NCBI GenBank assembly: GCA_002269645.1 | Contig: NIVC01000697.1 | Location: forward strand, 62,001-126,000 | From: Macrostomum lignano | Lineage: Eukaryota | Length of the DNA: 64,000 nucleotides | Direction of reading: 5' to 3' | Part shown: piece after piece, positions 33,701-61,881 of the stretch | Position numbering within the stretch: position 1 is the stretch's first letter | How the letters are laid out: every line of letters starts with the position of its first letter | The notes under the pieces: model-generated | Databases searched by the model: none | The model's input: only the letters and a program-made list of their open reading frames with translations | What the model was told of the DNA's origin: nothing | Made by a program: the position numbers and the translations under genes

Positions 33701-36633
33701 TATTCTTAGACAAAGACAACTAAAGTTAATAGAAAATATTGAAAATTACCCTGCGTGACGAAAAACCTCGGCTCGGCCACGCGGCACTGGACGCTGACTG
33801 GCGACCCGTCGCTGGTGCGCTGGTTCAACTGCAGCCTGGCAGCCCCGATCCGGCTGTTCATCAGCAGCAGGCGGACCATGTCCTGCGGGCCCGAGTTCCA
33901 CTCCACTTGCGAAATGCATATCCTTGAAGCTCCACGCCACTTGCTCCCAACCACATGTTTGATACCACACCGATCGCCATCAAAAACATGTTTGGTCCCA
34001 CACCGATTGCTCCCAACCACATGTTTGATCCCACACCGATTGCTCAAAACCACATGTTAGATCCCACACCGATTGCTCAAAACCACATGTTAGATCCCAC
34101 ACCGATTGCTCAAAACCACATGTTTGATCCCACACCGATTGCTCCCAACCACATGTTTGATCCCACATCGCTTGCTCCCAACCACATGTTTGATCCCACA
34201 TCGATTGCTCCCAACCACATGTTTGATCCCACACCCCTTGCTCCCAACCACATGTTTGGTCCCACACCCCTTGCTCCCAACCACAGTTGAACCCTACAAA
34301 CGCTAACAAAACTTACTTCGTTGGATTGCCCAGCCTGGTTGCTGACCAGCAGCTTGTTGGTGATAAATTTTACAGACATGTCGCTGCCCTGGAGCTGACA
34401 GTTGCAGCTGCGTAGGCATCGGGATGAGGGTGGTTGGTAAGGTAAACTATGCAAAGATAAGTAAGGCTTAGTATAAATTATAGCCAAAAATATTAACAAA
34501 GGGTGACTAACCATTCCGAATCGATGGAGGCGATGAACAGTTCCAGCCGATCAAAGTAGAAATGCAGGCTGGACAAGCGGGGGAAACTGCCAACTTTGAT
34601 GTGCAAATTCTTCACAGTGATGCCCAGGAACTGCGCGTGAAAAAGCCATGTACTTATAAGTTAATCAACATAATTTTTAACTCTTATGCACTGGGAAAAG
34701 GTTCATCCCCTGAAACACTGATCTCATCTAGTCTCTTCCCTTGAAACACTGATCTTATCTAATCTCATTCCCTGAAACACTGATCTCATCTCATCTTATC
34801 CCCTAAAACATTGATCTTATCTAATCTCATACCATGAAACACTTATCTCATCTAATCTCATACCATGAAACACTGGTCTCATCTAATCTCATCCTGAAAC
34901 ACTGGTCTCATCTAATCTCATACCATTAAACACTTATCTCATCTAATCTCATACCATGAAACGCTGGTCTCATCTAATCTCATCCTGAAACACTGGTCTC
35001 ATCTAATCTCATACCATTAAACACTTATCTCATCTAATCTCATACCATGAAACACTGGTCTCATCTAATCTCATCCTGAAACACTGGTCTCATCTAATCT
35101 CATCCTGAAACACTGGTCTCATCTAATCTCATCCTGAAACACTATCTTATACTACTACTAAAAACAACACAAAATTCGCCACTCACCTGGAGCAGAGTGC
35201 GCAGGTGTTTGCTGTTGCTTTCACGCTGACCAGTGTAGCCAGCGGAGCTCTCAGAGCAGCTGGGCTTCACATCATCAAAGGGGAATTGCCTGGGCAGCGA
35301 GTAGCTCCCGTCGCGCAAGAATGACCAATTGTGCACCGAGTGCAGCGAACTCTCCGCCTCAACATCTTGCACTATCGCTGTGAGAATCCAGCTGGTAAGA
35401 ATTTGGACATAAAAAACTACTCATAGTAGTGCTGGCACGAGCTAATAACAGTATCGAACGTAGTAAAAGGAAGAAATATTCACAACTTACGGTGCTTCTT
35501 TGTTCCACAAACTGCTGGTAATCTGAACTGACTTGATCTCCTACAAGATAAATTAAATTGTTTTAACATTAAATAATTTTTTATATTTGTTCTGTAAAAA
35601 GGTATCAAAGTATATTATTCTACTTACAACAGTGGTGTTGTTAGGAAAATGAAGCCAAATATTAAAACCTTTAAATAAGCCAACATATTGCACTTTTAGA
35701 TCAATATGGAGCCGATTATACAACTTGGAAGCCAAGTAGAAGACAAATAGTCTAAAATGTAAAAGGAAAAGATATATTTATATATTTTTTTATTTGCACT
35801 CATACCAGGTACTTACAAAAATTTCATAATATTATACAACATAAAATAGTTTCTCTAGTACTTAGTTCTTATGAATAATATCAAATGTCTATAATATTTA
35901 GGATTCAGAAAAAAAATTGTTTCTAAATAATCTTATAAATTCATACTAAAACTGGAAGGGATATTCGTAAACAACTTAAAAGCATTTAACAATCTAAACC
36001 TAAATCAATCTAACCAATTTAAACAATCTAACTAAAGAATGGATAATAAGGTGGTCAGATGGCAAAGTATCAAGGAATCATTTTGGTCATACTTATCATA
36101 ATAATTTCTATCTTGCAAAATAGAATTAAATAATAAAGCAAAAAACAAATAAATGGAAAAGTATTTACAAAGCAATAAAGTCAAAAATAAGCCTATCCTT
36201 GGCTTAGTATTCTTGATTTTTTAAATAACAATCTAATAAACAAATACTACAGTATTATCAATTAAATTTATAAAATAATAGTCCAAATAAAAATAAATAT
36301 AAAATGCTTTATTAACAATTAATTTTACTTTTAAATTGACTAAAACCATATTTTATTTTATATAATAACTATACTCTATAGCTCATTATAAACCCAGCAA
36401 AATCTAAATGAAATAGTTAGAAATAATTTATCAACTAGAATTAAGTCACTACTTAAATAAATTAGTTATTAAATAAAATAAGATGATACAAACAATAAAA
36501 ACATATAATATAAGCTACATACATAGGCTGTATAGGTTAAAAAAATTTAAACAATTAGGTACGCAATTTACCTTGGCAAACAGAGGATGAGACATGAAAC
36601 AATGAAAACTATTAATGAAAGAACAATGTACAT
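14642..36633 (-). CDS. BLTP2: Bridge-like lipid transfer protein 2 (KIAA0100/hobbit/Fmp27 family), 21 coding exons, about 2573 aa
   Basis: All junctions GT-AG with matching phases; summed length 7722 nt, divisible by 3. N-terminal signal anchor MYIVLSLIVFIVSCLILCLPR; family motifs DDPFELNLSENYLLM, GDLDVHCRTASKYDDC..W..DGNPNDHHSV, DSFAQFR, RPIRRGQIF, DLIQNLLFYVEPKRKE, GISVKQSLEV, VPIILSYKGEK..TWQDLA..QQVLKQKL (recalled similarity to human KIAA0100). Confidence 0.9.
15923..16190. repeat. 84-bp tandem repeat (3+ copies) with CGATACATATCG palindrome
   Basis: Starts at 15923, 16007, 16091, 16175. Confidence 0.92.
16388..16755 (-). CDS. BLTP2: BLTP2 exon 20
   Basis: gagcag|(E)KDIYRLL..RRNEICF..HHIELGYLQ|GTGAGA. 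Confidence 0.88.
16885..17087. repeat. 37-bp tandem repeat, BLTP2 intron 19
   Basis: TGACAGACAAAGACCTGAATTTGCAGCGATCAGCTAT. Confidence 0.9.
17120..17573 (-). CDS. BLTP2: BLTP2 exon 19
   Basis: ctcccag|GCPDVVGAGPRVGG..QDQRDI G|GTACGC. Confidence 0.88.
17690..19095. repeat. CT-rich minisatellite of about 27 bp, BLTP2 intron 18
   Basis: TTCTCCCGGCTCTTCCCCTCCTCTCTT units. Confidence 0.95.
19156..20088 (-). CDS. BLTP2: BLTP2 exon 18
   Basis: ccgcag|RLTAKHNVFVKDLKVRWT..LEDELK|GTTTGC. Confidence 0.88.
20275..20765. repeat. 31-33-bp minisatellite GGGGCAACCACATGGGGACAATATCCAT..
   Basis: Direct reading. Confidence 0.93.
20830..21240. repeat. Degenerate (GACCT)n-based repeat
   Basis: Direct reading. 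Confidence 0.88.
22255..22765. repeat. About 40-bp minisatellite GGGAGTGAGGTGGCTGTCGGATTGGGGGTAGAAAAGGACA
   Basis: Period 40-41. Confidence 0.94.
22949..22995 (-). CDS. BLTP2: BLTP2 exon 17 (47 nt)
   Basis: cctcag|(E)DSREANDSRSRSSTG|GTGAGT; required to convert phase 1 to phase 0 between its neighbours. Confidence 0.72.
23210..23499 (-). CDS. BLTP2: BLTP2 exon 16
   Basis: cactag|(E)YWVSFSRRHGIQM..STFNS G|GTGAGT. Confidence 0.85.
23545..23910. repeat. About 25-bp repeat GCGCCATCTTGACTTATCAATCTTG
   Basis: Direct reading. Confidence 0.9.
23996..24321 (-). CDS. BLTP2: BLTP2 exon 15
   Basis: ccgctag|SSLDSFAQFRTRGINL..RTLS GA|GTAAGT. Confidence 0.85.
24370..24600. repeat. 23-bp repeat GTGTGAACTGCCAGTGATTGATT
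   Basis: Period 23. Confidence 0.92.
24645..24835 (-). CDS. BLTP2: BLTP2 exon 14
   Basis: ctgcag|(M)LWSFQGDLDVHCRTASKYDDC..PKGTDL|GTTAGT. Confidence 0.88.
24885..25740. repeat. 17-18-bp G-rich minisatellite GAGGGGCGGATACAGGT
   Basis: Direct reading. Confidence 0.95.
25791..26679 (-). CDS. BLTP2: BLTP2 exon 13
   Basis: tttcag|SLTIELHDDPFELNL..PWWDKCRLKYHG..FEWTN A|GTGAGT. Confidence 0.9.
26710..27680. repeat. 21-bp minisatellite GTAGCCTTCCTATCCCTACAT
   Basis: Direct reading. Confidence 0.95.
27910..28017 (-). CDS. BLTP2: BLTP2 exon 12
   Basis: tatcag|VLSTRKWLRSVH..PLGPDICVNIG|GTGAGT. Confidence 0.85.
28085..28650. repeat. 32-bp minisatellite CCAGCCGGAGTGAACACCCACCCCAACACCCT
   Basis: Period 32. 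Confidence 0.94.
28690..29655 (-). CDS. BLTP2: BLTP2 exon 11
   Basis: tttcag|CPKLSG..FPFEFDFYECMDH|GTGAGC. Confidence 0.85.
29750..30800. repeat. 30-bp minisatellite CACTTTCCACCTCCTATACACTCCAATGTA
   Basis: Direct reading. Confidence 0.94.
30832..31405 (-). CDS. BLTP2: BLTP2 exon 10
   Basis: Acceptor caaag| at 31406 (alternative ctccag| at 31372); ends CHIT|GTGAGT. Confidence 0.7.
31515..32365. repeat. 31-bp minisatellite GTAGAGTAGAGGTGAGTGTACACCGAGGTGA
   Basis: Direct reading. Confidence 0.96.
32384..32805 (-). CDS. BLTP2: BLTP2 exon 9
   Basis: catttag|GSLRKPCMMLPMEG..PMDCLL GA|GTGCGC; donor position uncertain. Confidence 0.72.
32860..33122. repeat. 21-bp repeat ACTCACTACACTAAGCTC..
   Basis: Direct reading. 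Confidence 0.9.
33142..33368 (-). CDS. BLTP2: BLTP2 exon 8
   Basis: atttcag|(E)FFAYLKDYAKTQES..AELQ|GTTCGT. Confidence 0.78.
33420..33660. repeat. 31-32-bp repeat CACTCAGTGGACCGCTGTCACAAACC..
   Basis: Direct reading. Confidence 0.9.
33750..33882 (-). CDS. BLTP2: BLTP2 exon 7
   Basis: cccgcag|DMVRLLLMNSRIG..FFVTQ G|GTAATT; the acceptor was chosen on phase grounds. Confidence 0.7.
33935..34286. repeat. 33-bp repeat CCACATGTTTGATCCCACACCGATTGCTCCCAA
   Basis: Direct reading. Confidence 0.92.
34317..34407 (-). CDS. BLTP2: BLTP2 exon 6
   Basis: tacgcag|(C)CNCQLQGSDMSVKFITNKLLV..SNE|GTAAGT. Confidence 0.78.
34512..34630 (-). CDS. BLTP2: BLTP2 exon 5
   Basis: cgcgcag|FLGITVKNLHIKVG..ASIDSE TG|GTTAGT. 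Confidence 0.78.
34705..35145. repeat. About 30-bp repeat CTGAAACACTGGTCTCATCTAATCTCATC
   Basis: Direct reading. Confidence 0.9.
35187..35391 (-). CDS. BLTP2: BLTP2 exon 4
   Basis: ttaccag|(P)WILTAIVQDVEAES..LRTLLQ|GTGAGT. Confidence 0.8.
35491..35540 (-). CDS. BLTP2: BLTP2 exon 3 (50 nt)
   Basis: cttgtag|EIKSVQITSSLWNKEA CC|GTAAGT; bridges phase 0 to phase 2. Confidence 0.8.
35628..35751 (-). CDS. BLTP2: BLTP2 exon 2
   Basis: ttttag|(R)LFVFYLASKLYNRLHIDLKVQYVGLFKGFNIWLHFPNNTTV|GTAAGT. Confidence 0.8.
36572..36633 (-). CDS. BLTP2: BLTP2 exon 1 (signal anchor)
   Basis: ATG TAC ATT GTT..CCA AG|GTAAAT, phase 2; hydrophobic 20-mer. Confidence 0.75.
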
Positions 36634-38999
36634 TCTGCCACTAGATCAAACAGGAAACCTTGTGAAACTATATTAATGAGTCATGTCATCAACATAGTCA
36701 TATAAAAAGGATTCGTAATAAAACGGGCAAGCATTTGTATTTAGAAAAAATACAACATAATGATCTTAAGAGATCGCACTTTCTTTTCCTTGTGCTTGTG
36801 CTACTACCGAAACGATAAGCAACAATCCGAAAAATACTTTAACTTGCAGATAAATAAATTGATAAAACGTTTGCTGCGCAATATAGTATGATCTAATAAG
36901 AAAGTTCACATCACCTACAAAATTCTTTAACCTTTGGGCTTTGATAGATTTTATAAGACAAAGTATATTAGTAATGCTTAGTCTACTACCGGTATACTGG
37001 GATCTATAAAAATAAGTGAATTCGTTTCAAGAATTTGTTTCTTCGAAAATTAACCGTTTAAAATTTCGCGATAAAATCACGAAGACACGAAAACTGAGAG
37101 ACAAATCATATGTTTTTCAGAAAACAAAACTTGGGCTAGAACCTAGCACGAAAGAAGAAAATTATTTTGATTTAATTATATAACACTATTTTTTGTCTTA
37201 TTGCCATGTCGTTAAAACTTTTATACTGCATTTTCTGGTAAACTAATAGGACAACTTTACATGCATAGGTACTTAGGTATAGGTGATAACTTTAATCATC
37301 CATAGTCTGCAGCTGCCAGAGTTTCTTGGTAAAGTGATCCATTATGTATGGATCTATTTAGACGCCATTCTATAGACCTTCTATATACATTCTATTTAGA
37401 TGTCGGCGTGTGTATAAAAAATTCTGCTCTTGTTCATCCGATCAGCTGATTTGAAACTGCAACTATTAGTTTAAAATATTTAATATTTCTTGCATATGAG
37501 TCAGTGGCTCAACGTATTTTATGTCAGCTGTCATTCATTTCCCAGTCAAGAACAACTGAAGGTGCACGCGTAGGAAGCCAAGGACCACTGTATAAATCAC
37601 ACTTAATATATACTTTTACGGACTTATATACAGTACACTCTGTAGTTGGTCCTTGGTAGAAGCTTTGGTTGGACCTTTTCTTCATTACTTGCATTTTTGA
37701 GATGGCTAATAAAGCTTTTTGCTTTATACACAAATTACTTGTTACACGAATTCGATTGAAGGGCCACATCTATTTTCTCATCTTTATTTGATGTCGAAAA
37801 TTCAGAAGATGAGGTTAAGTTCAACAGTTTTGTATGACGTCCCCAAAGCTTTATTAATATTTTAAAATGGTCTTTTTCGTCTGCCTGTATGTCTATTTTC
37901 TCATTTCATTTGTAGAGTAGTCAAAAGTCTTAAATACAGCAGAACAGTTCATGTTTCTAACACTTTGTCGCCCATTCGAAACTATACTGCATGTACAATT
38001 TACCCGTTCCATTTTGCAACTTAAAGGCCAGTTTTAAAGATTAAAACAGCTAACAAACTTCTTTGACGTGATAGCTCGCATACAGTATATTTGGTTTGGA
38101 GAAGGCTTTGGGCACCATTGCAAATCAAAGGACATGCAGTCGACCAATATAGCTAGCGAGGAGACAAGTTTTTATGCTTAGGTTCCAATGAATGAAAGCA
38201 CGCATGCATGCACAAGGCAATAAATAGAAACGATAAAAGCACTTTATCTCTACTGCTAGTAATAGACGGATAATTTTCGGTAGTTTTCTTAGTTCCTATA
38301 CAGCAATAATGGATGGCAATCAATTTAGAATGTCTCCAGATAGGTCGAAAGAGAAAAGCAAAAATTGTGTGCTCAAGCAGCTCAACATCATGGTGGATAC
38401 ATGCTTTTATCTCATAAGGGCTGTGTATATGAATGTTGATCAAACAAGAATATAATGCACGCTAGATAACTGCCTAAATGCAATGCAAACTGTTCTCTCC
38501 TTTGTTCCATTAAATAGCTCATTCGCTATGCAAATAATAATGGATAGTTTGCATTGCAATTAGTATGCAAATATGCTCTTCAGAGCATAGGCATCAAAGC
38601 GTGCTTTGACGGGAAAGTAATGGCCCATACAAGCATTAATGTTGCAATTCTGGAAACAACATCATCTGGCAAGACTCTCATTGTCTACACTACGCTACTG
38701 GCTTACTTCCTAATCGACTGACTGAATCGCCTTCGCTTTTGAATCAAAGGATCTGTCAATTTAATCCAAGGACAGCCAACCTGTTTCTAATGGCGCACAA
38801 TTATAGCGACTATGAACAATGAAATTAGGACCCTATAATACCCTCAAATTTCGCAATTCAATTAAAAATCAGCATCACGATACATCTGTTGAACGGTCTG
38901 CTCTCGGTTACGTTCTCGGTAATGTATTTCAGCAAGTTAAACGTGAGAGCCACCATGTCAAACATAAAAGAGACTTAATGTAAAAAAATAAGAGGCTCC

Positions 39000-40040
39000 G
39001 GGTAAAACATAAAAGAGGCACCATTTACAACATAAAAGAAGCGTCAGGTCAAACATAATAGAAACAACATGGGAAACATAAAAGAGCCACAATGTCAATC
39101 ATAAAAGAGCCACAATGTCAATCATAAGAGAGCCACAATGTCAATCATAAGAGAGACACAATTTCAATCATAAAAGAGCCACAATGTCAATCATAAAAGA
39201 GCCACATTGTCAATCATAAAAGAGCCACAATGTCAATCATAAGAGAGACACAATTTCAATCATAAAAGAGCCACAATGTCAATCATAAAAGAGCCACATT
39301 GTCAATCATAAAAGAGACACAATGTCAATCATAAAAGAGCCACAATGTCAATCATAAAAGAGCCACAATGTCAATCATAAAAGAGCCACAATGTCAATCA
39401 TAAAAGAGCCACAATGTCAATCATAAAAGAGCCACAATGTCAATCATAAAAGAGCCACAATGTCAATCATAAAAGAGCCACAATGTCAATCATAAAAGAG
39501 CCACAATGTCAATCATAAAAGAGCCACAATGTCAATCATAAAAGAGCCACAATGTCAATCATAAAAGAGCCACAATGTCAATCATAAAAGAGCCACAATG
39601 TCAATCATAAAAGAGCCACAATGTCAATCATAAAAGAGCCACAATCAATCATAAAAGAGCCACAATCAATCATAAAAGAGCCACAATGTCAATCATAAAA
39701 GAGCCACAATGTCAATCATAAAAGAGCCACAATGTCAATCATAAAAGAGCCACAATGTCAATCATAAAAGAGCCACAATGTCAATCATAAAAGAGCCACA
39801 ATGTCAATCATAAAAGAGCCACAATGTCAATCATAAAAGAGCCACAATGTCAATCATAAAAGAGCCACAATGTCAATCATAAAAGAGCCACAATGTCAAT
39901 CATAAAAGAGCCACAATGTCAATCATAAAAGAGCCACAATGTCAATCATAAAAGAGCCACAATCAATCATAAAAGAGCCACAATCAATCATAAAAGAGCC
40001 ACAATGTCAATCATAAAAGAGACACCATTTCAAATGTAAA
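39000..40040. repeat. 23-bp minisatellite AATCATAAAAGAGCCACAATGTC (intergenic)
   Basis: Period 23. Confidence 0.96.
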
Positions 40041-40098
40041 AGAAGCGTCATGCCAAACATAAAGGAGCCACTATAAAGCTGAGATTTGTTGCACTTTA

Positions 40099-40766
40099 CA
40101 AGGGTCGGCAACCTCCGGCCCGCAAAGACTTTCTATGTGGCCCGCGAACTTCCTTAATCTTTATTATCATAATCCGGCCTGCACCTTCATAGGAACTTCA
40201 TTATTTGGTCCACAAATTTTTGTCCCCTGAAAATTGGGATTTCCTCCCCTCAATTGGCAATTTAATGAGTGTGAGTGGCTGTTTACAAAGTCTAGAGTCT
40301 AGACAGACAACACATCAGTTAAAACTTCGAATAGAATGGAAATAGGGGAACTGCCGGTGAAGGAAATTGGGATGGTGGAGCTGGCCAACAACGGGGGTTC
40401 CAAAGTACATTAATAGGGCTTAATAGGACTTTCATAGAATGCATCCAATTGTATTCACTTTTGTATATCTGGTTCTTCAGTATCGAATATTCTGGCCTGT
40501 CAGTGGCACAACCAGAAATTTGTTGAGGGGCAGATCCTGGAGGGTAAAGAACCCAAGGGGGTGGGGCGGGCGGGGGGTGGGCGGAAGGGGCGGCTCCTGT
40601 ATTGTGGAAAAAATGCGTTTGGTCCCCCTTTGATTTTCTGCAGGTCTCCACCTAAGGGGGGGGGGTAACTGTTCCCCGCGCCCCCTCGGGGTGCGCCCCT
40701 GTGGCCCGTGGTCTTGGACTGAAAACCTCATCTGGCCCTCAAGTGGAAAAAGGTTGCCGACCCCTT
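40099..40766. mobile_element. Non-autonomous hAT-like element (MITE) with inverted termini, containing a nested insertion
   Basis: Left CAAGGGTCGGCAACCT and right AGGTTGCCGACCCCTT are near-perfect inverted copies; GGCCCGC subterminal motifs; no clean TSD. Confidence 0.6.
40501..40701. mobile_element. Nested 201-bp MITE with 8-bp target site duplication
   Basis: Ends CAGTGGCACAACC and GGGTGCGCCCCTG (10/13 inverted match); flanks TGGCCTGT and TGGCCCGT (7/8). Confidence 0.55.
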
Positions 40767-40774
40767 GTTGTCTG

Positions 40775-40995
40775 GTGGATGCTTGCTATTTAAGGATAGG
40801 TGCTTGCTATCAGGGGGATGCTTGCTATCTGAGGGATGCTTGCTATCGGAAGGATGCTTGCTATCTGGGGATGCTTGCTATCTGGGGATGCTTGCTATCC
40901 AGGGATGCTTGCTATCTGGGGATGCTTGCTATCTGGGGGATGCTTGCTATCTGGGGGATGTTTGCTATCCAGGGATGCTTGCTATCTGGGGATGC
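40775..40995. repeat. About 18-bp repeat GATGCTTGCTATCTGGGG
   Basis: Direct reading. Confidence 0.9.
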
Positions 40996-42534
40996 TCGAA
41001 TAAGGTGACCTATAGAACTGAAGAAGGAGTCGGTTCTCAAGAAAATGTGCTTTTTAATGGATTTTCATGAATAATTTTTGCTCCTTGCTTATTGGGCGCG
41101 CCGAAGGGGGCACTAGATGGCTAGTCTAGTTCTAGGAGTGAATTCTTGAATTCTTAAATTTTGCTTTTAACTTATCTTATCATGATTTAGTTTAATACAT
41201 TTTTAGTATATTGGATAAGAGAGGCTCGTTTTAATTACGAGCGTATATTTTTTCAAAGCAAATAACCCACGCTTTCAGTATAACGAAAGGGGAATTAGTT
41301 TAAACTGTATTTTTTAGTGTTGCAATCGCAAATGGTCGAAATTCTCAAAATCTTAAGCCGATGATGAGAGTGAAATTTTTTGTTGCTTTTGGTCGAAAAA
41401 CAGCGACAGCCAGTGTAACAAAAATAATTCAGATAGAGAATCTTCTGATTTGCGAAAACTGGCAAACATGACAAATTCTGCGATCTGAACGCCTTAAAAA
41501 TAACACAGATATCAAATTTAAAACAGAATAGCAGTTATAGTTCATAGATTAAAACAAATCATAGGCTTTCTTTAGCAGGTTTCCGTTCTAGCAAAAGAAA
41601 ATAAAATAAAAATATGCTGTTCAGGAAATATAAATTAGCTATATATATAGTATTCGAATGTTCAAGTATGATAAGAATTACAAGGATGCAGCGAAATAAT
41701 ATCAGGAGTTGTTAAATTCGTTTGAATTTAACAATAAAACAGATTTGTGTAATACTTGTAACATGCTAGTAACTATAGTGTCAGTGAAAAAACTTAATAG
41801 TTTTTGTTCGAAGTTGAATATTAATTCAAGGGTACGCTTGGAGTCCGTCTCGGAAGACAAAATAAATTATTATGGCGCATTTTTAGCTTGGCGAATATTT
41901 TAACAGAAATTTAAACACGACTGGCAAATTAACAAATAGCAAAGCACTGCAATGCAATGCATCAAAATTTGGTTAGGTTTTTTTGTTTAACTTTAGTCTT
42001 TGAATTTAAATTTTAGCTGAATTCGATAGTGCTTGCCAGCACGAGTACTTCTAGACTAAAAATGATACAAAAAACGTCAAAAATATCTTTGCATCGAAAC
42101 AGCATAAACAAGATTAGTTTGAGAATCAACTCAGTTTTAGTGCTGAATTTTATTAATTGAAAGCCTTTTTTGTATCCTGTTTTGTTATCAATAACGGATG
42201 GATGCGTCAGATTACATGAAATCAATAAATTGCATCCAGACAGGTGCAGTTTCTTCCTTTCATGTAATTTAATGCAGTTCAAGTTGACATTTATAGTCTG
42301 TGGTGACAAAGGGAAGGAAATGATTGTTATAGTTGTGTCTGCTGACTTAGATGCATGCAGTTTTAACTTTTACTAAGAAGAAGAAACGTGTTGCTTGCAC
42401 TTTTATAGGTAACGAAACGCTATCAGGTCCAATAGTGCCAGCGACTGCGTGCATCATGGCTGAAAGAATACTTCACCGCTAGGCATCACAGTCAGAATAC
42501 GGAACGGTTATTAGCTGTATTTTCATACTGGCTG

Positions 42535-59131
<16,597 letters not shown>

Positions 59132-60664
59132 CTGCTGTGCTGCTGCTGCTGCTGCTGTCAGCCGCAACGGCCACCCATTGGGGAAATGTCGGCAACCGCT
59201 GGGTGAGGAGCGCTTGCTAGTTGCTCCGACGATTAAAAATGATAATCGAGGCTTTGGTCCCGCGATCGCGTTTTAGCGCACTGCCCAGTTAGATAAGTGT
59301 GCTTTTTTGACAAAAAAGCTACATTGGGAATGAAAGTGGACACGAGAAGAGATGGAGAGGCGACGGGCGGCGAGGGGCTTGGAAACAGGAAGCTGTTTGC
59401 GGCTTGGGGCGCTGGGCGCGGTCTGAGTTTAGCCGCGGCAATCGCTTTGGTTCGCCCGTCTGGCCGGGGGTCGGCTTGGAGGGAAGGAAGGGCGGTGGAA
59501 TGAGCGCTGGGGTTGGCGGGCCCCCTTCCCCCCGGCTCCGTCCTCCCCAGGCCGTCTGCTTGAGTGGCTTGGCGGCTGTTTGGAAGCTGGGAGAGCGGGC
59601 AGGGTGCACAATGGAAACTGAGGGTGTAGTTGGCGGTGTGGGCGACGTAGCAGGGCCTCTGAGTAGAGTACGACACAACTCTGAAGTGTTCAGCGGTCCA
59701 TTCCCTGCGACTGGCCGCTCATTGGCTTTACTTTCGCTGACGGGAAGACCCTCTTCCGGGTTTGATAAGGGGGTGGGTAGGGAACACCTCATTAAGAAAG
59801 GCAGAGGTATTGCGACTTCAAGGATCGCCAAACTTCAATTTGACTTTATTCTCCTCTGTAAGCTGGGAGAGGCAAACCAGAGAATGATGGAGAGAGATCA
59901 ACAGCCAATGGTAGGAAAGATGGAGTGGATAAAATTAAGCAGAGAGTAGAGAGAAGGAGACCATGGGAAATGCAGTTTGTCACTAGGCCCTTGGCTCCCC
60001 TATGGAGCTAAGGAGCTGCAGTCAATACTCGTACTGAAAAGAACTCTGTATAGGGCTGAGCTGAGCAGGTTGCTGGATAGAATGGGCCAAGAATAAGAAA
60101 AGTGTGGCAAAGAAAAGGGGGCGGGAAAAATTGGAGAGGAAACAGGTTCCACAGGAGGGCGAGAGTTAGAGAAAGAGTAGAGAGAGAGAGAGAGGCACTC
60201 TCGCCACGAGAGTTCAAGGAGCGATGTGCGAGGAAGGAATCGGCCGATTGGCGTTGGGATTGAATTTTTTTTCGGCCCCCACCCACCAGGCTCCAAGCCT
60301 CCGGCAGGCCTTCAGCCACTGAGCAGACCGGCAGCTCATCATTAATAAATTAACCTTCGAGATGAGGCCGTTCCTACCCAGCCTCTCTCCCTGCCTGTCA
60401 TCTGTGTCTGCACCGGCGCACAACTGCTCAGTAGCTTGAGACTTCAGCTCAAACAGTTGGCAGTGTACGGTGGCTCACTTGGGGCGTTGGGGTTCACAGT
60501 GGCTTAGCAGTTTTAGGTATTCAAGTTATCCAACCCAGCTACCAGTATAGGTCTTTATCGTCTAAAATCTCGACTATATACTTTATACTCGGTTAAGTAG
60601 TATATCTCACTGGTTCATCTCGTGTGCATCATCAGTTCTGTGTGCTGCAGCTCAGAGACAAACT

Positions 60665-61062
<398 letters not shown>

Positions 61063-61881
61063 ACCGCTGTCTGTGTGTTTAGCGGGACCAGAGTTTTGTT
61101 AATGCATTAGGTGGACCACCTAGTTTCGCTATAAAACCGGTGTCTTTTGTCTCTACACGAAAAGTTAGCGTGGGTTGTCTTTCAGTTTAGCCTGCAGATT
61201 AGCCATCTCGTGGAAACTGCATGTCACTTTCAACTGGGATAGCTGGACCAGCCCGGACCTGTTTTAGGTGGACCTTCAAAAAGACACCGTTTAGGTGGAC
61301 CATCATTTTTTAGCAGAGTACTGCGATTATTATCGACCCAGTACTGTTAAGCACGAGAAACAACACTAAAAGTCACGTGACAAAAGCCCCAAATACACAA
61401 TATGTAATAAAGTAAAAATAATGCATTCAGTTCTAGTTTTCTCCGGACTCAAGAACCATCATCCCCATTAAAAACTAATGAATCAAATGCAACTAATTTT
61501 TAGGCCGAGAAAAATAGTTAGAAGTGCAAATCAACGGCCAAGCAAAAGTTTAAATAGCAAAAAGTCATATTTGTTTTTCACTAGAATAATGATAAACCTA
61601 AAGAAACACACTTAACGTCCCAAATATGTGCCAAAAGGCAAGTAGATTGACGACGATATAATTAATAAATACATTTGCCTAATAAATTTCACGTATTACG
61701 AGCTACAATAGAACAACTTTCCACTCAATTTTTGAAAAATGAAAAAAGTTTTAACGGACGGACAAGACATGTTACGACGGATAGCGGAATCATCTCACAG
61801 AAAGCGAAAAGCTGTCGCAGTCAATATCATCATAAACAAACTTTTGCGGTTGAGCACAAAAAAATCGTCTTCATTTTGCCA

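Noticed and set aside
37000-42400. Short AT-rich ORFs as possible transposase or gene remnants
   Set aside because: No recognisable motifs; lengths are consistent with chance.
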